Part shown: piece after piece, positions 1 through 8,993 of the stretch
Position numbering within the stretch: the first letter of the stretch is position 1
How the letters are laid out: every line of letters begins with the position of its first letter
Origin: an uncultured Dehalococcoidales bacterium
Lineage (GTDB): Bacteria; Chloroflexota; Dehalococcoidia; Dehalococcoidales; UBA2162
Length of the DNA stretch: 61,036 nt
Assembly: GCA_964489895.1 (NCBI GenBank)
Contig: CAZBAN010000003.1
Span: forward strand, 1-61,036
Direction: 5' to 3'
Translations under genes and position numbers: made by a program
Notes under the pieces: generated by a model
Told to the model about the DNA's origin: nothing
Seen by the model: the letters and a program-made list of their open reading frames with translations, nothing else
Database searches by the model: none

Positions 1-341
1 ATTCTCCGGTGCTCATTACGACTAATTTCTCGCTGACCTACTTTCTTGTCTCCGGGGAAATAGAATCAAGCAGGATTCCAAGCTGGCTTCTGGTTATGGA
101 TACCGAGGGGCTTTCGGTAATGACTGCCTGGGCAGCAGGCAAGTTTGTAGCTGATGCTATCGCACCATTCGTTAAGAAGAGTGGTATTGAAGACAAAGTT
201 AAACATCGCAAGTTAATAATTCCGGGATACGCTGCTGCCGAAAGTGGCGGTCTGGAAGAGGAGTTACCTGGTTGGGAGGTTCTGGTTGGTCCAAGGGAAG
301 GTTCGCAAATAACAGCTTTTCTCAAAACATGGAGTCCATAA
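1..341 (+). CDS. acsC: Corrinoid iron-sulfur protein large subunit (AcsC/CdhE type), C-terminal fragment; the gene continues upstream of the window
   Basis: The frame is open from the window edge. Motifs TTNFSLTYF and DTEGLSVMTAWAAGKF are as I recall them from the CFeSP large-subunit C-terminal domain. acsE follows immediately. Confidence 0.7.
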   Translation, partial: SPVLITTNFSLTYFLVSGEIESSRIPSWLLVMDTEGLSVMTAWAAGKFVADAIAPFVKKSGIEDKVKHRKLIIPGYAAAESGGLEEELPGWEVLVGPREGSQITAFLKTWSP

Positions 342-351
342 GGAGGTAAAG

Positions 352-1227
352 ATGATCCTTATTGCGGAAAGCATCAATATTATGTCCCAGACTATCGGTC
401 CGGCAATGAGGGAAAGGAATCCTAAACCTATTCAGGAAATGGCTAAAGCTGAAGCTGAAGCCGGTGCAGACTACCTTGATTTGAATATTGGTCCGGCGCG
501 GAGAGCCGGCGATGAGATGATGGAATGGGTGGTGAAAACTGTGCAGGAGGTCACAGACCTGCCACTTTCGCTTGATACAACCAATCCTTTAGCTATGGAG
601 GCTGGACTAAAGGTGCACAAAGGCAAGGTGCTGATTAATTCTATCTCCCTGGTAAGGATGGAAGAAGAATTGCCATTTGTCCAGAAATATGATGCTGACT
701 TTATCGGGTTATTATGGGGAAGAGAGGGAATGCCGAGGGATGCTGATGAGAGAGCTATGATAGCCGTTGAAATTATGTCTATAGCCAGTGAGATGGGTAT
801 CTCTAATGAGCGTATCTGGTTCGACCCCATTGTTACCCCGGTAGTTAATATTGAGGCGAACCAATCCAAGCCGTGTATGGAGTTTATGAGTACGCTAGAG
901 GATATTGTTCCAGAGTCTAGATCAGCGGTTGGATTATCTAATGTCTCTAATGGTGCCCCCATTCACCTCAGGCCTATGCTTAATCGTACTTACATGATTA
1001 TGCTGATGAAGTACGGGCTGTACTCGGCAATAGTCGATATCTTTGATGCTGAACTGGTGAAAATAGCCAGAGGTGAGATGCCGGAGATTGTTGACTTGGT
1101 ACACCGGGTAATGGATGGTGAAAGACCTGACCTTTCCTCGCTTAGCAAGGAAGAATCGGATTATGTGAAAACGGTAAGGGTTCTTACCGGAGAATCACTT
1201 TACTCTCATTCCTGGCTGGAAATATAA
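352..1227 (+). CDS. acsE: Methyltetrahydrofolate:corrinoid iron-sulfur protein methyltransferase (pterin-binding, DHPS-like)
   Basis: 291 aa. N-terminal IAESIN motif, DYLDLNIGP and INSIS motifs of the pterin-binding barrel. RBS AGGAGG upstream. Wood-Ljungdahl context. Confidence 0.85.
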   Translation: MILIAESINIMSQTIGPAMRERNPKPIQEMAKAEAEAGADYLDLNIGPARRAGDEMMEWVVKTVQEVTDLPLSLDTTNPLAMEAGLKVHKGKVLINSISLVRMEEELPFVQKYDADFIGLLWGREGMPRDADERAMIAVEIMSIASEMGISNERIWFDPIVTPVVNIEANQSKPCMEFMSTLEDIVPESRSAVGLSNVSNGAPIHLRPMLNRTYMIMLMKYGLYSAIVDIFDAELVKIARGEMPEIVDLVHRVMDGERPDLSSLSKEESDYVKTVRVLTGESLYSHSWLEI

Positions 1228-1261
1228 ACCAACTAGTTCACTGGAAAGAGGAGGTGTCCTC

Positions 1262-2149
1262 ATGGTTCAAGAAATACCAGTGGTGTGGTTGGCAGCGTCT
1301 TCATGCACCGGATGCAGTATATCACTACTGAATTCAGCCAGTCCTTCTATCAAGAACTTACTGGTCGATGAGGTAATCCCCGGTGTACATATCAACCTCC
1401 GCTTTCACCAGACGGTTATGGCTGGTAGCGGTGAAGCGGCGATTCAGGTCCTCGAAGACACTGCCAGAGAGAAGAAGGGCGAGTATGTCCTGGCGGTCGA
1501 TGGCTCTATTCCAAGAGGTGATACTGCCGGATACTGTGTTATGGGAGAAAGGGGTGACAAGCCGGTAACTATGGAAAACAGGCTGGAGGAGCTGGCAAAG
1601 GATGCTCTTGCCATTCTGGCAGTGGGTACATGTGCTTCCTTCGGCGGAATCCCGGCGGCTGAGCCCAATCCCAGTAACGCTCAACCGGTAAGGAAGTTGC
1701 TCGAAGATAAAGGGATTGATAAGCCTCTGATAAATATCCCGGGTTGCCCGCCGCATCCGGACTGGATTGTCGGCACGATAGCCAGTATTTTACTGAACGG
1801 ACTGCCTAAAGCGGAAGACCTGGATGATAATCTAAGACCGCTGGCTTTCTACGGTAAATTGATACATGAGAATTGTCCCCGTCGTGCCTATTTCGATGAA
1901 GGCAAGTTTGCTAAAAAACCGGGTGATGAGGGGTGTTTGTATGAACTTGGATGCAAAGGTCCTATTACCTATGCCGATTGCTCTTTAAGACGGTGGAATG
2001 ACGGCACAAACTGGGTTATAGGTGCCGGGTCGCCCTGCCTGGGATGCACCCAGCCCGAGTTCCCTAATCTGCCTTTCTATCAGAAGCTGGTTGACGTCGA
2101 GTTACCGGTGATTGGCGCTTACTGGACAGGTGAAAAGGAGGATTTATAG
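1262..2149 (+). CDS. [NiFe] hydrogenase small subunit, no Tat signal peptide
   Basis: The proximal-cluster motif CTGCSIS lies about 10 residues from the start, with no RRxF leader. GTCASFGG and PGCPPHP are present. The C-terminal HENC...C...C...C...CLGC pattern fits medial and distal clusters. Confidence 0.9.
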   Translation: MVQEIPVVWLAASSCTGCSISLLNSASPSIKNLLVDEVIPGVHINLRFHQTVMAGSGEAAIQVLEDTAREKKGEYVLAVDGSIPRGDTAGYCVMGERGDKPVTMENRLEELAKDALAILAVGTCASFGGIPAAEPNPSNAQPVRKLLEDKGIDKPLINIPGCPPHPDWIVGTIASILLNGLPKAEDLDDNLRPLAFYGKLIHENCPRRAYFDEGKFAKKPGDEGCLYELGCKGPITYADCSLRRWNDGTNWVIGAGSPCLGCTQPEFPNLPFYQKLVDVELPVIGAYWTGEKEDL

Positions 2150-3663
2150 TGGCCAAAATAGTCATTGACCCGATGACTAGGATAGAAGGTCATCTTAAGA
2201 TTGAGACAACGGTTGAGGACGGTGTTATCAAGGACGCTCGCAGCACCGGCAACCTGTTCCGGGGCATTGAGCTTATCCTGCGGGATAGAGACCCCAGGGA
2301 TGCTCAGGTCATAACCCAGCGCATTTGCGGGGTTTGTCCCCAATCGCACGGTGTAGCGGCGGCTTTGAACCTGGATAGCGCCTTCGGTATCGGCGGTCAG
2401 ATACCGGACAACGGACGGATTATCCGCAACCTTATCCAGGGAGCTCATGTTGCTCAGGACCATATCCTGCATTTTTATCACCTGGCGGCTCTCGACTATG
2501 TGGACGTGACCGATGTGGCGAAATATGACGGTAAAGACTCGGAACTGAATTCAGTGAAGGATTTTATCAATCGGGGTGAGCTGGGACCGTTTATGCCACG
2601 GTACGAAGGCGATTACAGGCTGCCGCCTGAAGTGAACCAGATGGCGACAGCTCACTATATACAGGCGCTGGAAATCAGGAGAATCGCCCATGAGATGGTC
2701 AGTATTTTCAGCGGTAAAATCCCCCACAGCGTCGGCATCGTGCCCGGCGGCGTAACCTGCACTCCTACTATCGACATGATAACTTCCTATCTATGGAAAT
2801 TAAAGAAAGTGCGGGACTTTATTGATAATGTCTATATCCCGGACGTCCTGGCAGTGGCTGGTGTCTATCTGGATTATACCGAGATTGGAGCCGGCTGTAA
2901 GAATCTCCTTTCCTACGGGCAGTATGACCTGGAGGGCGGAGAGCCGGATGTCATCAAGCGGAAGAGAATGTATATTCCGGGAGTTACCTCGGCAGACCTG
3001 AAACCGGGCAAACTGGATGTCGACAAGATAGCCGAATATGTAACGCACTCCTGGTATGAGGACTATCCCGGAGCCAGGCATCCCTCCAAGGGAGAGACCA
3101 GACCGAACCAGAATAAAGAGGGAGCTTATTCCTGGGTAAAGTCTCCCCGGTATGACGGCATGGTATATGAAGTCGGACCTCTGGCGAGGCTGGCTGTAAA
3201 TTATGCCAGCGGCGACCCGGTGGTGAAGGAGTTGGTAGATTCTGCGCTAGCCCGGTTGAAGGCTCCGCCTTCGGCACTCTTCTCTGTTATGGGCAGGCAT
3301 CTGGCACGGGCTCTGTGTGCCAAGCTGACTGCCGATAATCTTGAGAAATGGGTACTTGAAGTAAAACCCGGAGAGCCCGCTTATACCGAATATGAAATGC
3401 CTGAAGAGTCCACCGGATTCGGCTTAACGGAAGCAGCCCGTGGTGCTCTGGGGCACTGGATTGAAATAAAGGATTATAAGATAGCCAACTATCAGTGTGT
3501 CGTACCCACCACCTGGAATGCTTCTCCCAGAGATGAAAACGGAAATCCCGGTCCCATAGAGCAGGCGATAATCGGGACTAAAATAAAGGATAAAGATAAC
3601 CCGTTTGAAATAGTGCGTATTGTTCGTTCGTTTGATCCCTGTATTGCCTGCGCCATTCATTAG
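2149..3663 (+). CDS. [NiFe] hydrogenase large subunit; ends exactly at the His of DPCxxCxxH
   Basis: RIEGHLKIE and RICGVCPQSHG (L1) motifs, and C-terminal FDPCIACAIH followed directly by TAG. GTG start overlaps the small-subunit stop by 1 nt (TAGTG). Confidence 0.92.
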   Translation: MAKIVIDPMTRIEGHLKIETTVEDGVIKDARSTGNLFRGIELILRDRDPRDAQVITQRICGVCPQSHGVAAALNLDSAFGIGGQIPDNGRIIRNLIQGAHVAQDHILHFYHLAALDYVDVTDVAKYDGKDSELNSVKDFINRGELGPFMPRYEGDYRLPPEVNQMATAHYIQALEIRRIAHEMVSIFSGKIPHSVGIVPGGVTCTPTIDMITSYLWKLKKVRDFIDNVYIPDVLAVAGVYLDYTEIGAGCKNLLSYGQYDLEGGEPDVIKRKRMYIPGVTSADLKPGKLDVDKIAEYVTHSWYEDYPGARHPSKGETRPNQNKEGAYSWVKSPRYDGMVYEVGPLARLAVNYASGDPVVKELVDSALARLKAPPSALFSVMGRHLARALCAKLTADNLEKWVLEVKPGEPAYTEYEMPEESTGFGLTEAARGALGHWIEIKDYKIANYQCVVPTTWNASPRDENGNPGPIEQAIIGTKIKDKDNPFEIVRIVRSFDPCIACAIH

Positions 3664-3722
3664 CTGCCAGAACATGGGTATCGGAGGAGTAGGTGAACTG
3701 TCCGGACCATTAAGGAGGAAAG

Positions 3723-4415
3723 ATGATTCTTTCAAAGCAAAAACCCTTTGAAGAAATACTGGAGTATCTGGACGGAGAGGGGAAGGTCTTCCTGTTGGGT
3801 TGTAACGGTTGTGCTCAAGCCTCAGGCACCGGCGGTCCGGAGCAGGTTGAGGAGATGAAAGCCAGACTGGAAGAAGTCGGTAAAAAAATCACTGGCAGCG
3901 CTGTAATTGATTTTCTCTGCGATAAAGCCCTGATTAGGTCACGATTGAGGAATTATATAGAAGAAATTAAAGCAGCCGATTCGATACTGGTTATGACCTG
4001 CGGTGTCGGTGTACAGGCGACGGCTGCTTCGGTCAATAAACTCTGCCATCCCGCCTGTGATACGGTCAATCTGGGCGGCAGCCGCGGAGAATGGCCGGGC
4101 AGTGAAAGGTGCATGGAGTGTGGCGAATGTATGCTTGAATATACGGGAGGCATTTGCCCATTAACAGCCTGTGCCAAAGGTTTATTGAACGGGCAGTGCG
4201 GGGGAGCATCCGGGGGAAAGTGCGAGGTCAGCCCGGAGAAGGACTGTGGCTGGGAACTCATTTACAAGAGACTTAAAGCCCTGAACAGGCTGGATAAGCT
4301 GGGGAAGTTCGTTACCCCCAAAGACCATAGCAAAACACTGCCTGAGACCGGACTGATGTCGACATCAAAATGGGCACTGGAACAGACCGGCAATAAGGAG
4401 AGGGTTGCAGAATGA
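3723..4415 (+). CDS. metV: Methylene-THF reductase-associated Cys-rich subunit MetV (MTHFR C-terminal-like domain)
   Basis: 230 aa. LLGCNGCAQ and CMECGECM...CPLTACAKGLLNGQCGG motifs. Stop overlaps the metF start (ATGA). Confidence 0.8.
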   Translation: MILSKQKPFEEILEYLDGEGKVFLLGCNGCAQASGTGGPEQVEEMKARLEEVGKKITGSAVIDFLCDKALIRSRLRNYIEEIKAADSILVMTCGVGVQATAASVNKLCHPACDTVNLGGSRGEWPGSERCMECGECMLEYTGGICPLTACAKGLLNGQCGGASGGKCEVSPEKDCGWELIYKRLKALNRLDKLGKFVTPKDHSKTLPETGLMSTSKWALEQTGNKERVAE

Positions 4416-5287
4416 GCTTGAAAACATCCCTTGAAAAACAAAAATTCGTGATAACCTGCGAAATCGGCCCTCTTAAAGGGACGGATACTGCGGAGATACT
4501 CGAAGCAGCCGAACTTCTACGGGGAAGAGTCCATGCGGCTAACGTTACCGACCAGCAGAGCTCGGTAATGAGGCTGGGTTCAATGGTTACCAGCTATCTA
4601 ATAAAAGAAAAAGGGCTTGACCCTATATTCCAGATGACCTGCCGGGACAGAAACCGGATAGCGCTGCAATCGGACCTTTTAAGTGCCAGTGTGTTGGGAA
4701 TCGAGAATGTACTGGCTATCACCGGCGATCTTCCATCGCTGGGAGACCATCCTCAGGCTATGTCTGTTTATGATTTGGATTCCGTCCAGCTCCTGTGGGT
4801 GATAGGACAGTTAAATGAAGGTTATGATATGGTGGGTAACGAGCTGAAAGGCAGGACAAACTTTTACCCGGGAGCGGTGGTGAACCCCGGAGCTGATACT
4901 GAAGCCAGTCTTGAACTACAGATTATAAAGATGGAGAAGAAAATAGAAGCCGGTGCCAAGTTTTTTCAAACACAGGCGATTTATGACGTAGACTCCTTTG
5001 CTAAATTTATGAATAGGGTGGAGGGATACAAGATACCTGTCCTGGCTGGTATTATACCGTTAAAGTCAGTCGGTATGGCGCGGTTTATGAATAAGAGTGT
5101 GGCCGGTGTCTTTGTGCCGGAAGAATTGATTAAGAAGATGGCTGATGCCGAGAATAAGACCGAGACCGGGATACAGATTGCGGCAGACCTGATAAAGGAC
5201 CTTAGAGATATCTGCCAGGGCGTGCACATTATGGCTATCGGCTGGGAGAAGAAAGTACCCCAGATACTTGATACCGCCGGGCTTTAG
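4412..5287 (+). CDS. metF: 5,10-methylenetetrahydrofolate reductase
   Basis: 291 aa. MetF-like TIM barrel signatures (FVITCEI, QMTCRDRNR, NVLAITGD, FFQTQAIYD). Confidence 0.88.
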   Translation: MSLKTSLEKQKFVITCEIGPLKGTDTAEILEAAELLRGRVHAANVTDQQSSVMRLGSMVTSYLIKEKGLDPIFQMTCRDRNRIALQSDLLSASVLGIENVLAITGDLPSLGDHPQAMSVYDLDSVQLLWVIGQLNEGYDMVGNELKGRTNFYPGAVVNPGADTEASLELQIIKMEKKIEAGAKFFQTQAIYDVDSFAKFMNRVEGYKIPVLAGIIPLKSVGMARFMNKSVAGVFVPEELIKKMADAENKTETGIQIAADLIKDLRDICQGVHIMAIGWEKKVPQILDTAGL

Positions 5288-5304
5288 TAGAGTTTCACTG
5301 TAGA

Positions 5305-5967
5305 ATGGAAGACAAGCATATTAGAGTACCAGAGAACAAGAATTATGAGTATGGTTTAGAGCAAGCCTATAAACTTGTCTGTGAGAAATTGCTTAAGATA
5401 GAAGATTTCGAGCGGCAGTGTAGTAACAGCGGCAGCAACTACTGGCAGATAGATTCCAAGAAGATAATCAGTATCCGTTACCTGAACAGATTGTACAATA
5501 TAGTAGTTCCGGATATCGAGATTTCACTGGCTGATTCCACCGAGGAAGTCTCTTTAAGGGAGAAGGTCCTTATCCTCCACTATTTCACTCAGGCAAAAGG
5601 CACGCCGCTTTCCGGACAGTTAATCACCTTCAGAGAGTTACCGGAAGGTAAGGTTTATTTACCGACATTCTCAAAAAGGACCGTCAATCCCCTGATGGAG
5701 AATTTCGGCAGAGAACCGCTGCGTATGGTTGAGGTCAGTAAGGAACTGGGAGGCAGGGAGACGGACTACGGGGATACGGCGGTAACGATTGATGCCTTTC
5801 CCCGAGTCCCTCTAACCATGGTTATCTGGCATGGCGACGAAGAGTTTGCTCCTCAGGGGAATATTGTATTCGATGCCAGCATAACCGATTACCTTTCAAC
5901 AGAAGATATAACCGTGGTTAGTGAGATTATCACCTGGAAACTGGTGAGGCTATCGAGAGAAGCCTGA
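5305..5967 (+). CDS. DUF3786-like protein commonly linked to acs/met clusters
   Basis: 220 aa. Recalled similarity to DUF3786 proteins found in Wood-Ljungdahl gene clusters, plus its position directly after metF. Confidence 0.5.
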   Translation: MEDKHIRVPENKNYEYGLEQAYKLVCEKLLKIEDFERQCSNSGSNYWQIDSKKIISIRYLNRLYNIVVPDIEISLADSTEEVSLREKVLILHYFTQAKGTPLSGQLITFRELPEGKVYLPTFSKRTVNPLMENFGREPLRMVEVSKELGGRETDYGDTAVTIDAFPRVPLTMVIWHGDEEFAPQGNIVFDASITDYLSTEDITVVSEIITWKLVRLSREA

Positions 5968-6072
5968 AAATTTGCCGACAGAGCAGGTCAGCGTAAACCT
6001 TGCCTTTCTCTTGAAAAGAGTCATAGAGTATTATATTCACACCAGAAGGTTGAGGGTACTTTCAACGATTGT

Positions 6073-6678
6073 ATGGAGATAACATCGATTATCCTGGCCG
6101 GGGGCAAGAACCTTCGGCTGGGAAGAAGCAAAGCCCTGGAACTTGTTAACGGTAAAAGCCTCATCGAACGGGTTTTCGAACGACTGAAACCGCTGTCCGA
6201 TGAGATTCTGGTGGTAACCTCGCCGGAGCAGTTTGACCTCCCAGGTGATTACCGGGCTAAGATGACGGAAGATATCTATCCCGGTAAAGGTCCCATCGGA
6301 GGTTTATATACGGGCTTGATGGCTTCAAAATCGCTGATAAATATCGTGGTCGCCTGTGACATGCCGTTTCTCAATACGGGGTTGTTGGAGTATATGGTCG
6401 GCCTGGCAGGCGACTATGATGCAGTTGTGCCCCGTTTAGAAAACGGGATGATAGAACCTCTCCATTCAATATACTCCAGGAGTTGTTTGAGTTATATTGA
6501 AAAGCAAATGGGAAATAGCCGGTTGAGCATTCATGCTTTTCTAGACAAGGCACGTGTAAGATATGTAGAGCGGACAGAAAGCGGAAAATTAGACCCACAG
6601 TATTTGTCCTTTTTTAATATAAACGACCAGTCGGACCTGGACCGGGCTATCGAGCTAGCTGAGAAGCACGGCATCTAA
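6073..6678 (+). CDS. mobA: Molybdenum cofactor guanylyltransferase
   Basis: 201 aa. N-terminal ILAGGKNLRLG nucleotide-binding loop, and VACDMPF and EPLHSIY motifs. Confidence 0.8.
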   Translation: MEITSIILAGGKNLRLGRSKALELVNGKSLIERVFERLKPLSDEILVVTSPEQFDLPGDYRAKMTEDIYPGKGPIGGLYTGLMASKSLINIVVACDMPFLNTGLLEYMVGLAGDYDAVVPRLENGMIEPLHSIYSRSCLSYIEKQMGNSRLSIHAFLDKARVRYVERTESGKLDPQYLSFFNINDQSDLDRAIELAEKHGI

Positions 6679-6747
6679 CAGGAACTCAGTCAAAATACAT
6701 CCGTTTTGATGCAAATGTAAAAATTCCTTTTACATACTATTATTATA

Positions 6748-6776
6748 TTGACAATAGTCATATAGATAGCTATAAT
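6748..6776 (+). promoter_or_regulatory. Sigma70-type promoter with perfect consensus
   Basis: TTGACA (6748-6753), 17-nt spacer, TATAAT (6771-6776). An AT-rich 8-bp inverted repeat ATGTAAAA/TTTTACAT (6715-6735) lies just upstream. Confidence 0.5.
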
Positions 6777-6809
6777 GTGGACTACTGTCACTCCGAATGG
6801 AGGTGCCAC

Positions 6810-7178
6810 ATTTATAGCGTCCTCGTGGTAGGTAACGAACCTTACTTCGGGTCCATACTCTCCGACGCTCTGACTGGAGCAGACCTGGAGGTGGCCGGAG
6901 TTTCAGATTACTCCGAAGCTATATCGGAGCTAATAGAGTCAAAACGTGACATCGTGGTTATAAATATAGATTTACCTTCAACTAATGTCCTGGATGCCTG
7001 TTATTATTTACACAGGGCATTTAACATACCTGTTATCATTGTAGGAAAAGAAACAGAAGATGTAACATGGGAGAAAGCTGTACAGGCAGGGGCTGACCAT
7101 CTACTTGAGGGACCTGTCAGCGGTATAGAACTGGCAGCAAGGATTAAAGCTATTCTCCGTCGATACGAAAGTGGCTAA
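6810..7178 (+). CDS. Stand-alone receiver-domain protein with a degenerate phosphoacceptor pocket; start codon uncertain
   Basis: CheY-like (beta-alpha)5 pattern: VLVVGNEP, DIVVINIDLP, PVIIVGK, GADHLLEGP. GGAGG at 6799-6803 is followed 6 nt later by ATT. The GTG at 6777 lies upstream of the predicted transcription start. Confidence 0.55.
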   Translation: MYSVLVVGNEPYFGSILSDALTGADLEVAGVSDYSEAISELIESKRDIVVINIDLPSTNVLDACYYLHRAFNIPVIIVGKETEDVTWEKAVQAGADHLLEGPVSGIELAARIKAILRRYESG

Positions 7179-7342
7179 CCCACTCGTCTCTTACAAGTTT
7201 TACCCTTTTTTCCAATTTACCGTATACATCTAAAACCCTCTTCGGTTCAGAGCTACCCTCCGCTATGTCCGAACTCATTAACCGCGACCTGTCTTGATAT
7301 TTATAACTGTATCAATTAGCATAATATTGGTATTTGATTTAT

Positions 7343-8050
7343 ATGATAGAGAGCGCTTCGTTATTAGCTGCTACTGGTATTGCCTTCGTTGCCGGTCTGG
7401 CAAGTTTCCTTTCTCCCTGTGTATTACCTCTGGCACCGGTATATCTTGCCAGCCTTGCTGGACCGAGTGTGTTCGATACCGGTGAAAAACAGAGGCGATT
7501 ACCAATATTCCTGCACTCTCTGAGTTTTGTAGCAGGGTTTACGATTATATTCAGCCTCTGGGGAGCCGGCGCGGGACTGATTGGTTCTACCCTTGTTGCC
7601 TACGCAGCGGTAATACGCCAGGTGGTTGGTATTCTGCTTATTATATTCGGGCTGGTTATGCTGGCTGCCCTGAAGATACCCTGGCTGAATTATGAAAGGC
7701 GGCTGTCCCCATCCGTGGGTAATACCAGCGGTTATCTCCGTTCTTTCCTGACGGGAAGTCTGTTTTGCTTTGCCTGGACCCCTTGTCTGAGCTGGCAGAT
7801 TACCGGTATCCTGTCCCTTGCGGGGAGCACGGGGACAGTGTTACGCGGTACTTACCTGCTGAGTATATATTCTCTTGGTCTGGGTCTCCCGTTCCTGATA
7901 CTGGGTGCGGCTTTTGACTTTATTAACCCGCTGCTTAAGAAAATAGGCCGGTATTCCAGCTGGATTTATATTATCAGCGGCTTGCTGCTTATAACGGTGG
8001 GAATACTTATCCTGACCAATAACCTGGGCTGGTTTTTAGGAGCTTTTTAA
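7343..8050 (+). CDS. ccdA: Cytochrome c biogenesis / thiol-disulfide transporter CcdA (DsbD family)
   Basis: Polytopic membrane protein with the FLSPCVLPL motif and a second Cys motif, AWTPC. Confidence 0.85.
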   Translation: MIESASLLAATGIAFVAGLASFLSPCVLPLAPVYLASLAGPSVFDTGEKQRRLPIFLHSLSFVAGFTIIFSLWGAGAGLIGSTLVAYAAVIRQVVGILLIIFGLVMLAALKIPWLNYERRLSPSVGNTSGYLRSFLTGSLFCFAWTPCLSWQITGILSLAGSTGTVLRGTYLLSIYSLGLGLPFLILGAAFDFINPLLKKIGRYSSWIYIISGLLLITVGILILTNNLGWFLGAF

Positions 8051-8079
8051 GTATAGAATAAACCTGGAGGGTGTAACCG

Positions 8080-8586
8080 ATGAAAAGAGTCGCAGGAGTA
8101 ATAATACTGATACTGACTCTATCAATGCTAATTACCGGGTGTTCCGGCGGGGGAAGTTCGTCAGCGGAAGTGGGCTCTAAAGCTCCTGATTTCTGTTTAA
8201 AAGACCTTTCGGGACAGGAGTATTCCCTGAGCGAACTAAAGGGAAAGCCGGTATTGTTAAATTTCTGGGCGACCTGGTGCGGTCCCTGTCGCGGTGAAAT
8301 GCCGTATCTCGAAGAGATTTATAGAGAGTGGTCAGGAAAGGGACTGACATTGTTTGCGGTTAATATCGGTGAAAGCTCTTCTCAGGCTAGAGGGTACCTG
8401 CAGACTTATGGCATGTCTCTGCCGGTACTGCTGGATAGCGCCCAGACAGTAGCAAAAAGATACAACATAACGGGTATTCCCACTACCTTCTTCATTGATA
8501 AGAATGGTATAATTCAGGGTAAAGTGGTCGGAGCTTTCCGGGATAAGGAAAGCATTGTACCATATATTGCCGATATAATGCCCTGA
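8080..8586 (+). CDS. TlpA/ResA-family thioredoxin-like lipoprotein
   Basis: Lipobox LITGC, WATWCGPC active site, and adjacency to ccdA. Confidence 0.85.
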   Translation: MKRVAGVIILILTLSMLITGCSGGGSSSAEVGSKAPDFCLKDLSGQEYSLSELKGKPVLLNFWATWCGPCRGEMPYLEEIYREWSGKGLTLFAVNIGESSSQARGYLQTYGMSLPVLLDSAQTVAKRYNITGIPTTFFIDKNGIIQGKVVGAFRDKESIVPYIADIMP

Positions 8587-8634
8587 AAATTATATATACT
8601 GATTAACAGTTGGTGATACAAAGGAGGTCGGAGT

Positions 8635-8952
8635 ATGGGGGATGCTTTTAACGAAGCATACGGGATAGTCCAGTGTAAGGAGTGTCCCTGGTATAAGTCC
8701 TGTGTGACGCCGATGAAATTCACGGCGGAAGATATCCGCCGACAGATAGAGTCGTCGCCCGGGATGAATGCATCCTCACAGGCTGATATGGGTATTGAGA
8801 GTCTGCTATCGAGTATGGCGTCTGCCGCTCAGAACTCGTTGCTGGAGGGCTGCCCCGTCTTTATCGAGCGTTTACGCTCCAATCCGATTCTTGCCCAGCG
8901 TGTGAAACAGATGATGCAGAACTGGGCTAAAGAAGAACAGTCACCCGATTAA
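8635..8952 (+). CDS. Hypothetical small Cys-containing protein
   Basis: 105-aa ORF with RBS AAGGAGG upstream and a CKECPWYKSC motif. No family recognised. Confidence 0.4.
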   Translation: MGDAFNEAYGIVQCKECPWYKSCVTPMKFTAEDIRRQIESSPGMNASSQADMGIESLLSSMASAAQNSLLEGCPVFIERLRSNPILAQRVKQMMQNWAKEEQSPD

Positions 8953-8993
8953 AAAGTTGCTATCATACAAATACCAATAGTAGTACCGGGGGA

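Noticed and set aside
6777-6809. The GTG at 6777 as the start of the receiver-domain gene (ORF-track start).
   Set aside because: It lies immediately after the -10 hexamer of a perfect consensus promoter, so upstream of the likely transcription start. It would also add a Cys/His/Trp-rich extension with no RBS.
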